Shown one piece after another: positions 40,212 through 53,169 of a stretch of 64,000 bases of DNA. Source of the DNA: Octopus bimaculoides (taxonomy: Eukaryota); assembly GCF_001194135.2 (NCBI RefSeq), contig NC_068991.1, positions 66,327,916-66,391,915 on the forward strand. The letters are read 5' to 3'. Each line of letters starts with the position of its first letter. Within the stretch, counting starts at the first letter, position 1. Below the pieces are notes generated by a model. That model was not told where the DNA came from. It was given only the letters and a program-made list of their open reading frames with translations, and made no database searches. A program made the position numbers and the translations under genes.

Positions 40212-40346
40212 TATAGTTTCAGCTGAGAGCTGCGGTCATGCTGATGCACCACCGTTGAAAAAGAAGGCTTTCCTATCTGCATGGGACTCGAACCCTATCC
40301 CCTTGTTAACGTGACTAAGTGTGTTACCTTTACACCAGCAAATTAG
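40212..40346 (-). mobile_element. Short SINE or tRNA-like pseudogene
   Basis: Minus strand AATTTGCTGGTGTAAAGGTAACAC...GGGTTCGAGTCCCATGCAGAT. Acceptor and D stems pair, the anticodon arm is broken. Followed by a tail resembling the family B 3' end and an A-run. Confidence 0.55.
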
Positions 40347-41247
40347 CCTCTCTCTCTCTATATATATATAGATACATGAATATGCATATATATGTGAATA
40401 GATATATATATGTACATATATGCATACATATATATGCACATATGTATATATATATGTATATTTGTATATATTGCATGTCTAAGTATATCTGTGTGAAAAA
40501 TAAAAAGTCAGTAAGAAAAAATGAAAAGAGGAAAAGAAAAGAACCATATTCTTATAAGAAAAACAGAACTCTTTTAATAAGCTGACAGCAGAAACACACA
40601 CAGCCTTCCAAACACACAAAGAAATGGTTATTATTGACTCTGGAATTCTAAGATACATTATTTCTAAAAATAGCCATTTCTTCTTCTATGTAAAACAGCA
40701 TTTTAATTAATGAGTTATTCTATTAAAATAAGATGAAATAGCTTTATATTTAGCAAAATTGAGAAAACTTTATCAGACACAGGCATGTTAAGAAGCTTGT
40801 TTTGCAACCACATGGTTTCAGGTTCAGTCCCACTGTGTGATACCTTGTGAAAACGTTTACTGTAGCCCTGACCAATGCTATGTGAGTGAATTTGGTGGAG
40901 AGCCCATAGTGTATGCATGTTCATGTATGTGTGTGTGTGTGTTTGTCCCCACCACTACTTAAGAACTGGTGTTGGTTTGTTTATGTCCCCATAGCTTTGT
41001 TGTTATGCAGAAGAGACTGATAGAATGAGTATCAGGGGAAAAAAAAAGGTACTGATTTGTTCCACTAAACCATTCAATGTAGTGCTACAGTATGGCCACA
41101 GCTCATTGAGTGAAACAGTTAAAGGATACGAGATAAAGAACACCTCATCCCTTTGATGTTAAACAAAATAAATTGCTTAAGACAATTACATTAACATCTT
41201 AAGAATAGCATTTCTGAACTGGACATCATATTGGTTGTTTTTTTTAA

Positions 41248-41537
41248 CCCATTACCTACCAGTGATCTCATATGAGATCACTTAAAAATTACAAATTTCG
41301 TAATTATCTGTCAATATTTACACATATCTAACCTTTTTGCTATATCTACTAGGTATATTTCTCTGATATTCAAATGAGGTTTGCTAATTTTTCACCCAAT
41401 ATCTCGCTTATTTCTATTTAAAATGTTATTTTGAAATGTTATTTTGATCATTCCAGCGTGTTTCTGAGGCTGTTTTATGCTAGAAATCAAAGTTTCATAA
41501 AAAAATTCCAGTTAATAGAATTATGGGAGGTAATGGG
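41248..41537. mobile_element. piggyBac-type MITE (different family)
   Basis: TIRs CCCATTACCTACC / GGGAGGTAATGGG with intact TTAA on both sides (41244-41247 and 41538-41541); 290 bp. Confidence 0.85.
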
Positions 41538-41800
41538 TTAAACAGCTGTGAATACTTACCGAGTGAAGGAATGGCCATATTCTTAAGAATATTATTAAGG
41601 CAATGTTTTATAGCTGAATCCCCTTCACAGTAATAACCCTCATATGTTTTTCGCCAATAAGGGATTTGTTATTTCCTATGTTTTCAAAAGGTGCAATACT
41701 AGCAGATGATTTGGCGACAAGCAAAATGACAACGTCATCACTTGTAGCTTGCAATTTTCAAAGAAGTAGGTAATGTGTACTAATATACATGAGTGAATAC

Positions 41801-41849
<49 letters not shown>

Positions 41850-43993
41850 TAATTCTCTCAATCACACACATATACAGAGTGAGGAAAACATCACGCAGAA
41901 AATAAGTTCAATACGCTCTGAAATTGTCAACGACATGCTTTAGTTTTGCTAAAATTGTCTAAAATAAATAAAATAATGATGAATACACACATTCTTGTAC
42001 ATAATGAACAAAATAAATATCAAGAGCACTCAGAGAGCGCAAACCTCCACCAAGGCAACACCAGCGTCCTCTCAATGATTAGCCGGAGATGAGTTTTAAA
42101 ATGAGAATATCTAAAATAAACTCGATGATTCTCACAAACATCATCATCATCATCACCATCGTTTAACGTCTGCCTTCTATGCTAGCAAGGGTTGGACGAT
42201 TTGACTGAGGACTGGTGAACCAGATGGATACACCAGGCTTCAATCTGATTTGGCAGAGTTTCTACAGCTGGATGCCCTTCCTAACGCCAACCACTCTGAG
42301 AGTGTAGTGGGTGCTATACAGAAGCCAGTTGCATGTGTGCAGATGCACACACACACACATACATGTGTGAAAATATGTATACATGTAATATGTATGTATG
42401 CATACATGCATGCATGTCAGTGCATGGTCTATGTATGTGTGCATGTATGTGTGTGTTTCACTGCTAGACAACTGTTGGTTTTTTTGTGTCTCAAAAAGAG
42501 ATAAGCAGGATCCGTAATAGGGTTGATTTGAACCATTAAACTTCTCAAGGCAGTGCCCTAACATGGCAGCAGATTAATGGCTAAGACAAGTAAACAAATA
42601 AAAGACTACACACACACATGCACAACAGGTTTCATTCAGTTTCCATTTACCAAATTCACACACAAGGCTTTGGTTGGCCAGGAGCTATTGCAGAAGATAC
42701 TTTCCCAAAGTGACACAATGAACCTGAGACCACATGTTTGGGAAGTAAACTTTTAAACCACACAGCCATGCCTGTACACACACACACACACACACACATG
42801 CCTACATAATGCACATATAAACACACACAGGTATGGCTGCATGGCACCTTGGGCAAGTATCTTCCACTAAAGCTCCCTGCCAGCCAAAGCTTTGTGTAAG
42901 AGTTTGGTAGATGGAAACTGGAAAAGAAGCCCATCATATATTAGTGTGAATGCCTCTGTGTGTATGTATATATATATTTATATATATACATATCTGTGTA
43001 TGAGTGGGTGTATGTATATGCATGTGTATTTGTGTGTACCCTTGTTCTGACATGATGGTTGTGAATGAGCATCTCCAACATACAACTGATGCTGTTTGTT
43101 TCTAGGGGAAATTTTAACTCACTTGGAAGGTTGTCAGTAGGAAGGGCATCCAGCTGTAGAGAACCTGCCTCGACAAATTCCATCTGACTCATGCAAGCAT
43201 GGGAAAGTAGACGTGATGATGATGATGACTACACACTCCCATACATTCACACGGTATTTATCTGTATTTGATGGATGTACGATAAGTTGTTGACAATAAA
43301 GTTAGGTCTTGTTAAGCAGACCTTGAACAACAGAATTGAATCATTTGTAGAATGCTTGAAATTATGAACTTAAAAAAGGTTCAATCAAGAAAAAAAAAAA
43401 AAAAAAATTGTNNNNNNNNNNAAAAAAAAAAAAAAAAAAAATTGTGTCATGCTTGAAAGATTTTTCTGAATAAATATCATCTTATCTGTACATGGTTTTA
43501 CTCCTCCTGTAACACACAGATACACAAACACATGCATGCATGCGTACACACAAGATTCTTACACACTCATATAGAGTGGTAGGACAATAGGACAATTTAG
43601 CTTCATGTTTCAGTCACTGAATAAGTATGAAGTGGAGAAAGAGAGAGAGAGAAAGAGAAAGAGAGAAAGAGAGAGAGTGGGTGGAGATGCAGTTTAAAAG
43701 GAATAGACTTTAACAAAATGAATTTACCAATGTGAACTTTGGAATTACCTCCCTTGACTTCCCTGACAAGAATTATAGTTCATGCTAACTTCTAATCAGT
43801 TTTTAATTAATTCGGAATTTGAAATTGTCTCTTTAGCCCTTATGAATAAGAATCATCATTAATCACCAAAGACTTTTCTTGGCAACTTAACTGTGTATTC
43901 TTTTTGCAGAAGGTGCTCCTGGGAAATTCTCTAGTGCCATAATTCTTCAAGACCTTATAAATAAACCTATTTACAATACTAATAAGCACAAAT

Positions 43994-44028
<35 letters not shown>

Positions 44029-44349
44029 TAATCTTACATATGACTCACACGTCCTTTTCTACACGCATACACTCTTTTATGACTTTATATTTCATTTAGT
44101 CTTTCCCTTTCTGACTTACAAATACAACCTCATAAATCACACACACACACAGCCCCACTCTGACCTCTCTTTTTTTCAGTCTCCCCCACTACCAACACTC
44201 TATACATTATGTGCACTATTTTCCCATACCACCATTAAGTATTAATACATGCCTCGTTGCCACCCACCGAAGTTTGTTTTCATAATAAGAGCTTTATACA
44301 AACTGTATAATTTCATTTAATCTTTCAGTCAGTTAAAATTTAGGGGGCT

Positions 44350-44772
44350 TCCTATTATGCTTGCTAGTGGTGCTGGACTGGCTTCCATGCCAGTGGCATG
44401 TAAAAAGTACCATACAAGTGTGTTTGATGCCAGTGCTGCCTGACTGGCTCCCATGCTGGTGGCACGTAAAAAGCACCATATGAGCATGGTCGATGCCAGT
44501 GCCACTTGACTGGCTCCCATGCCGGTGGCACATAAAAAGCACCATTTGAGTGTAGTCAATGCCAGTGTCACCTGACTGGCTTCTGTGCTGGTGTAATGTA
44601 AAAAGTACCCACTACACTCTCAGAGTGGTTGGCGTTAGGAAGGGCATCCAGGTGTAGAAACCTTAGCAGATTAGATTAGAGCCTGGTGCGGTTTCCTGGC
44701 TTACCAGTCCCTAGTCAAATTGTCCAACCCAAGCTAGCATGGAAAGCGGACGTTAAACGATGATGATGATGA
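44350..44772 (+). mobile_element. Family D SINE with an internal minisatellite of about 59 bp
   Basis: Four to five units of GCCAGTG..TGACTGGCTCCCATGCC.GTGGCA..TAAAAAGCACCA precede the V-like domain. Confidence 0.8.
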
Positions 44773-46211
44773 AGATGAGAAATAATTCTCATTAACATGT
44801 GGTTTCAAATTCACTTCCATTGTGTGACACTCGGAAAAGTGTTGCCATCATCATCATCATCATTTAGCATCCATATTCCATGCTGGCATTGTTTGGATGG
44901 TTTGACAGGATATGATGGGCCCAGGGACTGCATCATGCCCAAGTGTCTGATTTGGCATTGTTTCTACAGCTGGATACCTTTTGAATGTCCTAAGACACCC
45001 AGTAGTGATGAAGTGTCCAGGTAGCATCTTCCAGTCATGAGGTAAGTAGAAGTGAATCGATGGGGGTTTGCAAAAGTGTATGCAGGAGCAAAATGATAGA
45101 GGATATATATGTATGTATGTATGTATGTATGTTTGTATGTTTGTATATATGTTTGTATGTGTGTCCATAAATGCTATATGCTATGAAACACATGTACACA
45201 CATATACACTTTGGGTTGACCAATGCATTATGAGTGGATACATGCTCATACAAGACCTGCATTAGACTCCTCACTCATATCATTATCAATCCGAAAGTTT
45301 AACTATGGTCCTTCCATAGTACTTTCATAGTGTTACCTGCCACCTTGGGTCTTCCGGATATCAATACCTCTCACATATATATTTATATATAATCATCATC
45401 TAACGTCTATCTTCTATGCTGGTATGGGTTGGACAGTTTGATATGAGCTGACAAGCCAGAAGACTGCACTAAGCTCCACTGTCTGTTTTGAAATGGTTTT
45501 TCACAGTTACATGCACTTCCTAGTCTTTGTTACTCTCGGCACAAGGCCTGAAATTTTTGGGGAGAGGCTAGTCGTTTAGATTGACTCCAGTATGCAACTG
45601 GTATTTAATTTATTGACCCTCAAAAGGATGAAAGGTAAAATCTGTGTTTGTCTGCCACCACTGCCTGACAAATGGTGTTGGTGTGTTTACACTCCCCTAA
45701 CTTAACGGTTCAGCAAAAAGAACCAACAGATTAAGGGCCAGGCTTAAAAAGAATAAATGTTGGGGTCTTAAGCATGGCTACAGTTTCACAACTGAAACAA
45801 GATAAAAGACTGGTTTTACGATGGTGACACTTGTTTACAACTATCATGTGATATCAAGTCAATGAGAAACTTACATATGTACATACACATGTATATATGT
45901 ATATATGTATATGTGTTTGTGTGTGTGGATCATCATCATCATCATCATCGTTTAATGTCTGCTTTTCATGCTGGCATGGGTTGGACAGTTTGACTGAGGA
46001 TTGGCAAGACAGGTGGCTGCACCAGGCTCCAATCTGTTCTGGCAAGGTTTCTACAGCTGGATGCCCTTCCTAACGCCAACCATTCCGACAGTGTAGTGGG
46101 TGTTTTTACATGCTACTGGCACAGGTGCCAATCAGACAGCACTGGCATCGGCCATGACTATGATTTCACTGGACTCAACAGGTCTTCTCAAGCATAGCAT
46201 ATTGCCCGACA

Positions 46212-46249
<38 letters not shown>

Positions 46250-47362
46250 TTAATTTGTTTCAGACTGTGGCCATGCTGGGGCATCACCTTGAAGAATTTT
46301 AGTCGAATGAATTGACCCCAGTACTTATTTCTTTAAAAGCCTGATACTTATTCTATCAGTCTCTTCTGTCAAACCCCTAAGTTAAGGAGACTTAAATACA
46401 CCAGCATCAGTTGTCAAGTGATAGTGGGGGACAAACGCACACATGTATATATGATGGTCTTCTTTCACTTTCCCGCTACCAAATCCACTCACAAGGTTTT
46501 GGTCAGCCCAAGGCTATAGTAGAAAACACCTGCCCAAGGTGCCACATAGTGGGACTGAACCCGGAACTATGTGGTTGGGAAGCCTGGAACCATGTAATAT
46601 ATATATCATCATTATCGTTCAATGTCTGTTTTCCATGCTGGCATGGGTTGGAGGGTTTGACTGAGGTCTGGAGAGCCAGAAGGCTGCACCAACCTCCTGT
46701 CTGATCTGGCAATGTTTTTACAGCTAGATGCACTTCCTAATGCCAACCACTCCAAGAGTGAGTGGGTGCTTGTTATGTGCCACCGGCATAGGAGCCAGTC
46801 AGGCAGGCCTGGTATCGATAATTTTCGGATAGTGCTTTTTATGTGCCACTGGCACTGGGGCTAGTCAGTGGGTACTGGCATCATGTGCGTGTGTGTTTTG
46901 AGCAGCAAATTTTTAATTACAGCTTCAAAGTAAACTTCATTAATATTAAACAGTGTATTTTGTGTTTTTCATTTAGTGCACCAATAACCTACATGCAATA
47001 ACCTATCAAACAGCAATATTATACACACACACACACACACACATACCTACATGCATACATGTGTGCGTGTCAGTAAAGTGCATGTATGCTATGTGTATTT
47101 TGTGTATTTCAAGAGAGCATGCATCTGTTCCTGTTTTGTCAATGAAGGTGTATATATGGCTGTGTATGTAAGTATCTGTGTCTGTGTTTGAATTTGTATA
47201 TGTTTATATATTATATTCATATACTGTGTGAGTGAGTGAGTGCATGCTGTTTAAAGTGTGTGGGTGTCCAAATAATGTGAAATGTAAGGTTGTACACGCT
47301 AGAGGTGTGAAAGGAATGTTGGGTAGGTTATAAAGAAACAGCTATGCCTTTCTACCATCACC

Positions 47363-47450
<88 letters not shown>

Positions 47451-47845
47451 TTATCTAAGGCCAGCTGGCTATGAAGTATAACACCAGGGAAACCTACTTT
47501 GGCTCAAATGAGGTGTGGTATTTCAGCTATGTATAGGGGCCCTTGCTATAGGTGTGGGTACACACATATGCATGTGAGTATGTATACATATATATATATA
47601 TATATATANNNNNNNNNNNNNNNNNNNNNNNNNNNNNNNNNNNNNNNNNNNNNNNNNNNNNNNNNNNNNNNNNNNNNNNNNNNNNNNNNNNNNNNNNNNN
47701 NNNNNNNNNNNNNNNNNNNNNNNNNNNNNNNNNNNNNNNNNNNNNNNNNNNNNNNNNNNNNNNNNNNNNNNNNNNNNNNNNNNNNNNNNNNNNNNNNNNN
47801 NNNNNNNNNNNNNNNNNNNNNNNNNNNNNNNNNNNNNNTATATAA

Positions 47846-47879
<34 letters not shown>

Positions 47880-47881
<2 letters not shown>

Positions 47882-48263
47882 GCGTGGGCATGGCTGTGTG
47901 GTAAGTAGCTTGCTTACCAACCACATTGTTCCAGGTTCAGTCCCACTTTGTGGCACCTTGCGCAAGTGTCTTCTACTACAGCCTTGGGCCGACCAAAGCC
48001 TTGTGAGTGGATTTGGTAGACGGAAACTGAAAGAAGCCCGTCGTATAGATATGTATATATATATTTGTGTGTCTGTGTTTGTCACCCCACCAATCGATGC
48101 TGGTGTGTTTACATCCACGTAACTTAACGGTTCAACAAAAGAGTCCGATATTATAAGTACCAGGCTTACAAAGAATAAGTCCAGGGGTCAATATCTTTGA
48201 TTAAAAGGCAGTGCCCTAGCATGGTCACAGTCAAAATGACTGAAACAAATATAAAAAAAAGAA
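47880..48263 (+). mobile_element. Family B SINE
   Basis: Colinear with other family B copies. Confidence 0.85.
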
Positions 48264-50840
48264 TATATATTACACTCACACACATATACATATATATGTG
48301 TGTCCACACATACACATATATATATCCCACATGCAGATATGTGTGTATATGGATGTGTACTCTCGTTGTTTCAACACAGAGTCTTCATGTTCTGACATGA
48401 AATAAATTAATAAGAGCATTTAAACTTTTATTGTAGGTCATACATACAGACATGCATAGGCATATACAAGCAGTTTGTGTTTAGAGAATGCATATCCACA
48501 CACATGCACAATACCTATATACAGATGTAAATAACTTATCTACACACACATACGCACAAATGTATATTGGCGTTGCTGTACAATAGAGTCGGAAATTATC
48601 GACTGTAATAGAAACCGTAATTTATTTGAATTAGCTTTAAGCAACGTAGAGTCAGAAAAGCAAGGACGTAATTTGCTTGGAGTTGGGGTGCAAACCCAGG
48701 TCCAACGCAGGATGTTCAAAGCGTTTTCATAGCACCTCCACCACCAAATTCTAGTGGGTGTGCTTGTACCCCTTGTTTCCGTGCCTATGTAGAGAGTATG
48801 GCACTCTAGCGGTGGTTTACCCGTGGGCAGATTCTGTGCTTGTGAACCTTCTCCAGCACTCTCTGTACGGCCTGGGAGGGTCCGTGCCCTCCCCCACTGC
48901 CGTTAAGGAGATTACTGGAAGTTTGGCTACCATGGCTAGACTTGGGGTGTACACTGGAGTGGGTTCCCGTTGCCTTCTTTGGGCTGCGAGGATTTCTACT
49001 CAGAAGATAGAAAGCCGGAAGATATACATATCTGCAGATGCGCCAACGATTATGCCACTTTCACATCCGCAGAGAAAAGCCTGAGATGAAGAGTTTTTTC
49101 TCAAAAACACAATGCGTCGCCCGTCCGGGAATCGAATCTATGATCCAGCGATCGGGAGTACAACTCCCTAACTAGTAGGTCACGAGCCTTCACAAAGTAC
49201 GATATAACAAAAAAGGGAGTTGGGGTGGGATTTGTTCTTTCCCTTAGTCAAAACTGTAATTCTTCAGTTTTGACTATTTTTCTAATAAAAAAAATATATT
49301 TTTCAGATTTACGTGTATATATTACGCATATTTTTTCGAACAATCTTAATCTTAAATTTTTAAAACAATTCTGAAAAAAAAAATTTTTTTTAAATGTATG
49401 TCAAAACTGGAAAATTACCAAAGGGTGGGGGGAGAGGAAGGGCCAAAAATCTTCTCTCACCATTTTTTTTTTCGGAATCGTAATCTGCGACACTTGAAAC
49501 ATGCACATCCGAAAATTACGGTTTTTGGCATACTAAATAATTTCTGACACTAATTTATAGGAACACCTATGTGTGTGAGTGTGTGTACGTATATGTTCTT
49601 TCTCTTTTTAATCCAGGCTAAATTTTGACCGGTCACCTATTTGGTAGCAAGGTTGTGAGTGACAGAAAGCGTCTTGTTTTGTTCACCAACCTTTAAATCT
49701 TGTAGATTTTTATAGTCCCAGATGTAAGTATGTATGTTATGTATGTACATGCATACAAAAGAGCGCGCATACATACATACACACACACATACATACATAT
49801 CTATCTATATATATAGAGAGAGAGCCACCCACTCAATAAGTTCCCCTCTGCACTTGTGGCAGCCGCCGCTACTTTGAACGAACGTCAAGTAAGAATTGTT
49901 GTGAAAACTGTCATAACCAATCGCACAATGACAAGCAGACCAAACAAGATTCGAGTAGGTCAGATGTAGAATTTCGCATCGATCGAACGTAAGAGTCCTG
50001 AAACAGTCACCAACTAATTCAGCTGTAGTTTTTGAGAATATCACGTTAATTAACAAATTAATCGCAATTATTATTAGTGATGCAAGCAAATCCCGATGGA
50101 AGGTTAGAATATATTATTAGCTTAATTAATAAATAATATTGCCTTAAAAATACCATTTCTTACACAATTTCATACACAAGTGAAAGCATATTTTGCGTGT
50201 AAAGATTAAGAAAACAATAGAGTAGTTTAATTAAAAATATGCTTAATTGCAGTCAATAATATGTTTATATCTGTCCGTTATCCGGCAAGTAGATTAAAAA
50301 AAAACAAACTGGAATTACAATGAGAACGAGATTCCTTAAGACGTCCGTTCTAATAAGCAGTATATCCCAGTTAAACGAAAACTATCCGAGAGATAGTAAT
50401 AACAGAGGAGGAATAACGATACACATCGGATTCTTAATTAAGTAGTTATTCGTTTATTAAAAGAAGTGCGGCGAAGACGACAACAACAATAATAATCTAT
50501 TTGCCACAGGGACGTCGGATGAAGGGCATATTACAAAGACAGAGAAGAAAGAAAATTTGAGGAACCCTTAGTTTCTCTGTTATGACTTGCTCTCTCAGCA
50601 TAAAAAAATCGGCATAATATCGGCCTGTCGAAATGGTAACGATAATAATAACATTGATAATTTCACATATTTTCTAATACTAAATTCTAACTTAATCACA
50701 TAGCGAATTTTCCTTTTCTTTTTTATACTTGTAGAAGGGTAACTCAATACGATAGCATTCGGTCTGGTTCTTATTTTATCGATCCGAAGATAAAAAAAAA
50801 AGTTCTTTATTTGCGTCAAGGGCAACACACACACATACAC

Positions 50841-50876
<36 letters not shown>

Positions 50877-51190
50877 NNNNNNNNNNNNNNNNNNNNNNNN
50901 NNNNNNNNNNNNNNNNNNNNNNNNNNNNNNNNNNNATATGAATTATTCTAGTACATTGGTGAGAAAAATAAACAAAATGACAAACGCCTTACGTAGTATT
51001 AATCTTCTATTATAATCTCATTCGCATCTAGGATGCTTTACAGGATTATTAAATCAACTCCAATACTTTTATTTTATTTTTATTTTATCGATATCAGAAC
51101 GATAAAAAGCGAAGTTACCTGGGTGGCCGTGAATTACAAAATATAAATAAATCAATAAATCTAAAAGAAAGAAAAATCGTATATGCGTAC

Positions 51191-51586
51191 CTTCGGTCTT
51201 TTCCATTCGATGCTACGCCTTTGTCCACCATCCAAGAAAAGGGAAGTGTTATCGGCTGGAAATTCCGGATCTTCAAACAGAATACCTTCTTCTTGGCATT
51301 TTTTGACTATCTCGTCATAATTCTGTTGTTCCATACTGGCAAAGGGGTTTTCCCTTTGTTTCCTGGACGATCTTCCAATTACACTGTGATGTCTATCACC
51401 TTTCCCAGGTAATCGGATACTAATTCCTTCACCGCCCTTTTGGCCAGGTAGTTGTATAGGTATCTTAAAACCCCCTAAGCCAGAGTCACCGAAGTCAATG
51501 TTAAACTGTCCACCACTGCCCATGCTAAATGTATTGGAGCCACTTTCACCCACGCCGAATATTTTAGAAAAACTTTGAGAAAACAT
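51191..51586 (-). CDS. First coding exon of a classical calpain (Gly-rich N-terminal extension plus start of the CysPc catalytic domain)
   Basis: ATG at 51586. Translates MFSQSFSKIFGVGESG...ENPFASMEQQNYDEIVKKCQEEGILFEDPEFPADNTSLFLDGGQRRSIEWKRPK, which contains the calpain F.DPEFPA and WKRP motifs. Ends at a phase-0 donor AAG|GTACGC at 51190, the intron position after WKRPx seen in vertebrate classical calpains. 396 nt = 132 codons. Paralogue not assignable. Confidence 0.9.
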
Positions 51587-51649
51587 ATTTGAAAAATGCA
51601 AAAAGAAGGATAATAGGAAGCTAGTACTCCGAATAAGACTGGAGTAAAA

Positions 51650-51800
51650 ATGAGTCGGTAGTGGTGCTACTGTTGATATATTTTAGTTTAGTGCTGTGTA
51701 GTTGCTAGCTTATGACTGATTGGTCGACAACAGCCCAAGACAGACCGCCACACCGACAGACAGCTATTTTACTTAGTTATGTATCGCTTTCCTTCTGGCG
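51650..51800 (-). promoter_or_regulatory. Candidate calpain proximal promoter
   Basis: CCAATCA on the minus strand (CCAAT at 51723-51719) with an ATATAT element about 40 bp downstream. CpG-retaining sequence just upstream of the ATG. TSS is inferred, not observed. Confidence 0.3.
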
Positions 51801-52501
51801 AAGCAGTCATGTGAAATTAGGAGTGTTAAAGCAATAAGAAATACTAATGCTGAGAGGGAGAGAGAGAAAGGACGAAAAACAAAACTAACTAGGTAGAGAG
51901 CGAGAAAGAGAAAGAGTACTAAGGAATGACAAAGAAAGAGAGAGATTAGACACGGTGACTGAGAGAAAGACAGAGGTAGACACGGTGCCTGTGAAAGAGA
52001 GAGAGAGAGAGTGACGGCGTATTTGAGAAAAAGACATAGATACTGGAAAGGGAAAGAGAGAGAGAGGTAGAGAATGTGTGTGTGCGTGTGTGTGATTTTA
52101 TTAGCGAATGTGTTTACGAGTTTGTTAAAATGAAAACAGAATCACATCGTGTGTAGAAGCGAAGCGATAGAAGTCAATATAAGAACCAATGAGGCAGTCG
52201 CTACGTGCTCGTACATTTAGCAAGAAATAACAATCGAATTTTCTTTAAATTACACCTTATAAACTTAAAAAAGTAATCGTATTATTATTATTATTAAAGC
52301 GCGGTGAGCTGGCAGAATCGGTAGATTAGCTTAGAGGTATTTCGCCCGTCGCTACGTTCTGAGTTCAAATTCCGGCGAGGTCGACTTTACCTTTCATTCT
52401 TTCTGGGTTGATAAATTAAGTACCAGTCAAATACTGGAGTCGATGTGATCGACTTTCCCCCCTCCCCCAAAATTTCAAGCCTTGTGCCTATAGTAGAAAG
52501 G

Positions 52502-52552
<51 letters not shown>

Positions 52553-53106
52553 GAGTGAGAGAGCAGTGCATGCCATCAAAGTGACACTGGGGTAAAATAT
52601 ATGAAGCCCATTATACCCATCATGACGACCCATCTGATAAGGGTACACCAGGCACATGCATCACAACCATATGTGCGTGACATGGTGATCTCATATCAAG
52701 ATAAATAGCGCATGACCTTGCAGGTGGGACCCAGTTAAAATTTTCTTCATGCTAATTAGCCCATCCCGCTCAAAAGGTTCCTGAATAAGGGTTGTTTGAG
52801 TATGTTGAACGAAACACCCATGTTTCCAAAGGTGAATTATCCAAACTCCAAAGAATTCCTCTCAACACATGGCTATGATGCTCCCCCACTACTTCTGCTC
52901 GTGATCAGAGATGCACATATCGTCAACCACTAAGGGATATGCTCAACTGGTTAAGGTCAAGTAACTAACAAGCAAGTCTGTGGTATTGAGCAAAATATTT
53001 GCTGTAGCCCATCTTTTTATATCAAGACAAAACAATGTACATGATAACACTTCCAATCAGTTAAGATAAGAAGCATGAGAGCCACTACCTGGTACTGCAT
53101 CTGGGC

Positions 53107-53110
<4 letters not shown>
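52553..53110 (-). repeat. Family F repeat
   Basis: Reverse complement of 31448-32004. Confidence 0.8.

Positions 53111-53168
<58 letters not shown>

Positions 53169-53169
<1 letters not shown>

Noticed and set aside
43390-43445. Direct repeat A(n)TTGT on both sides of a 9-N gap
   Set aside because: Unmerged contig overlap, an assembly artefact.
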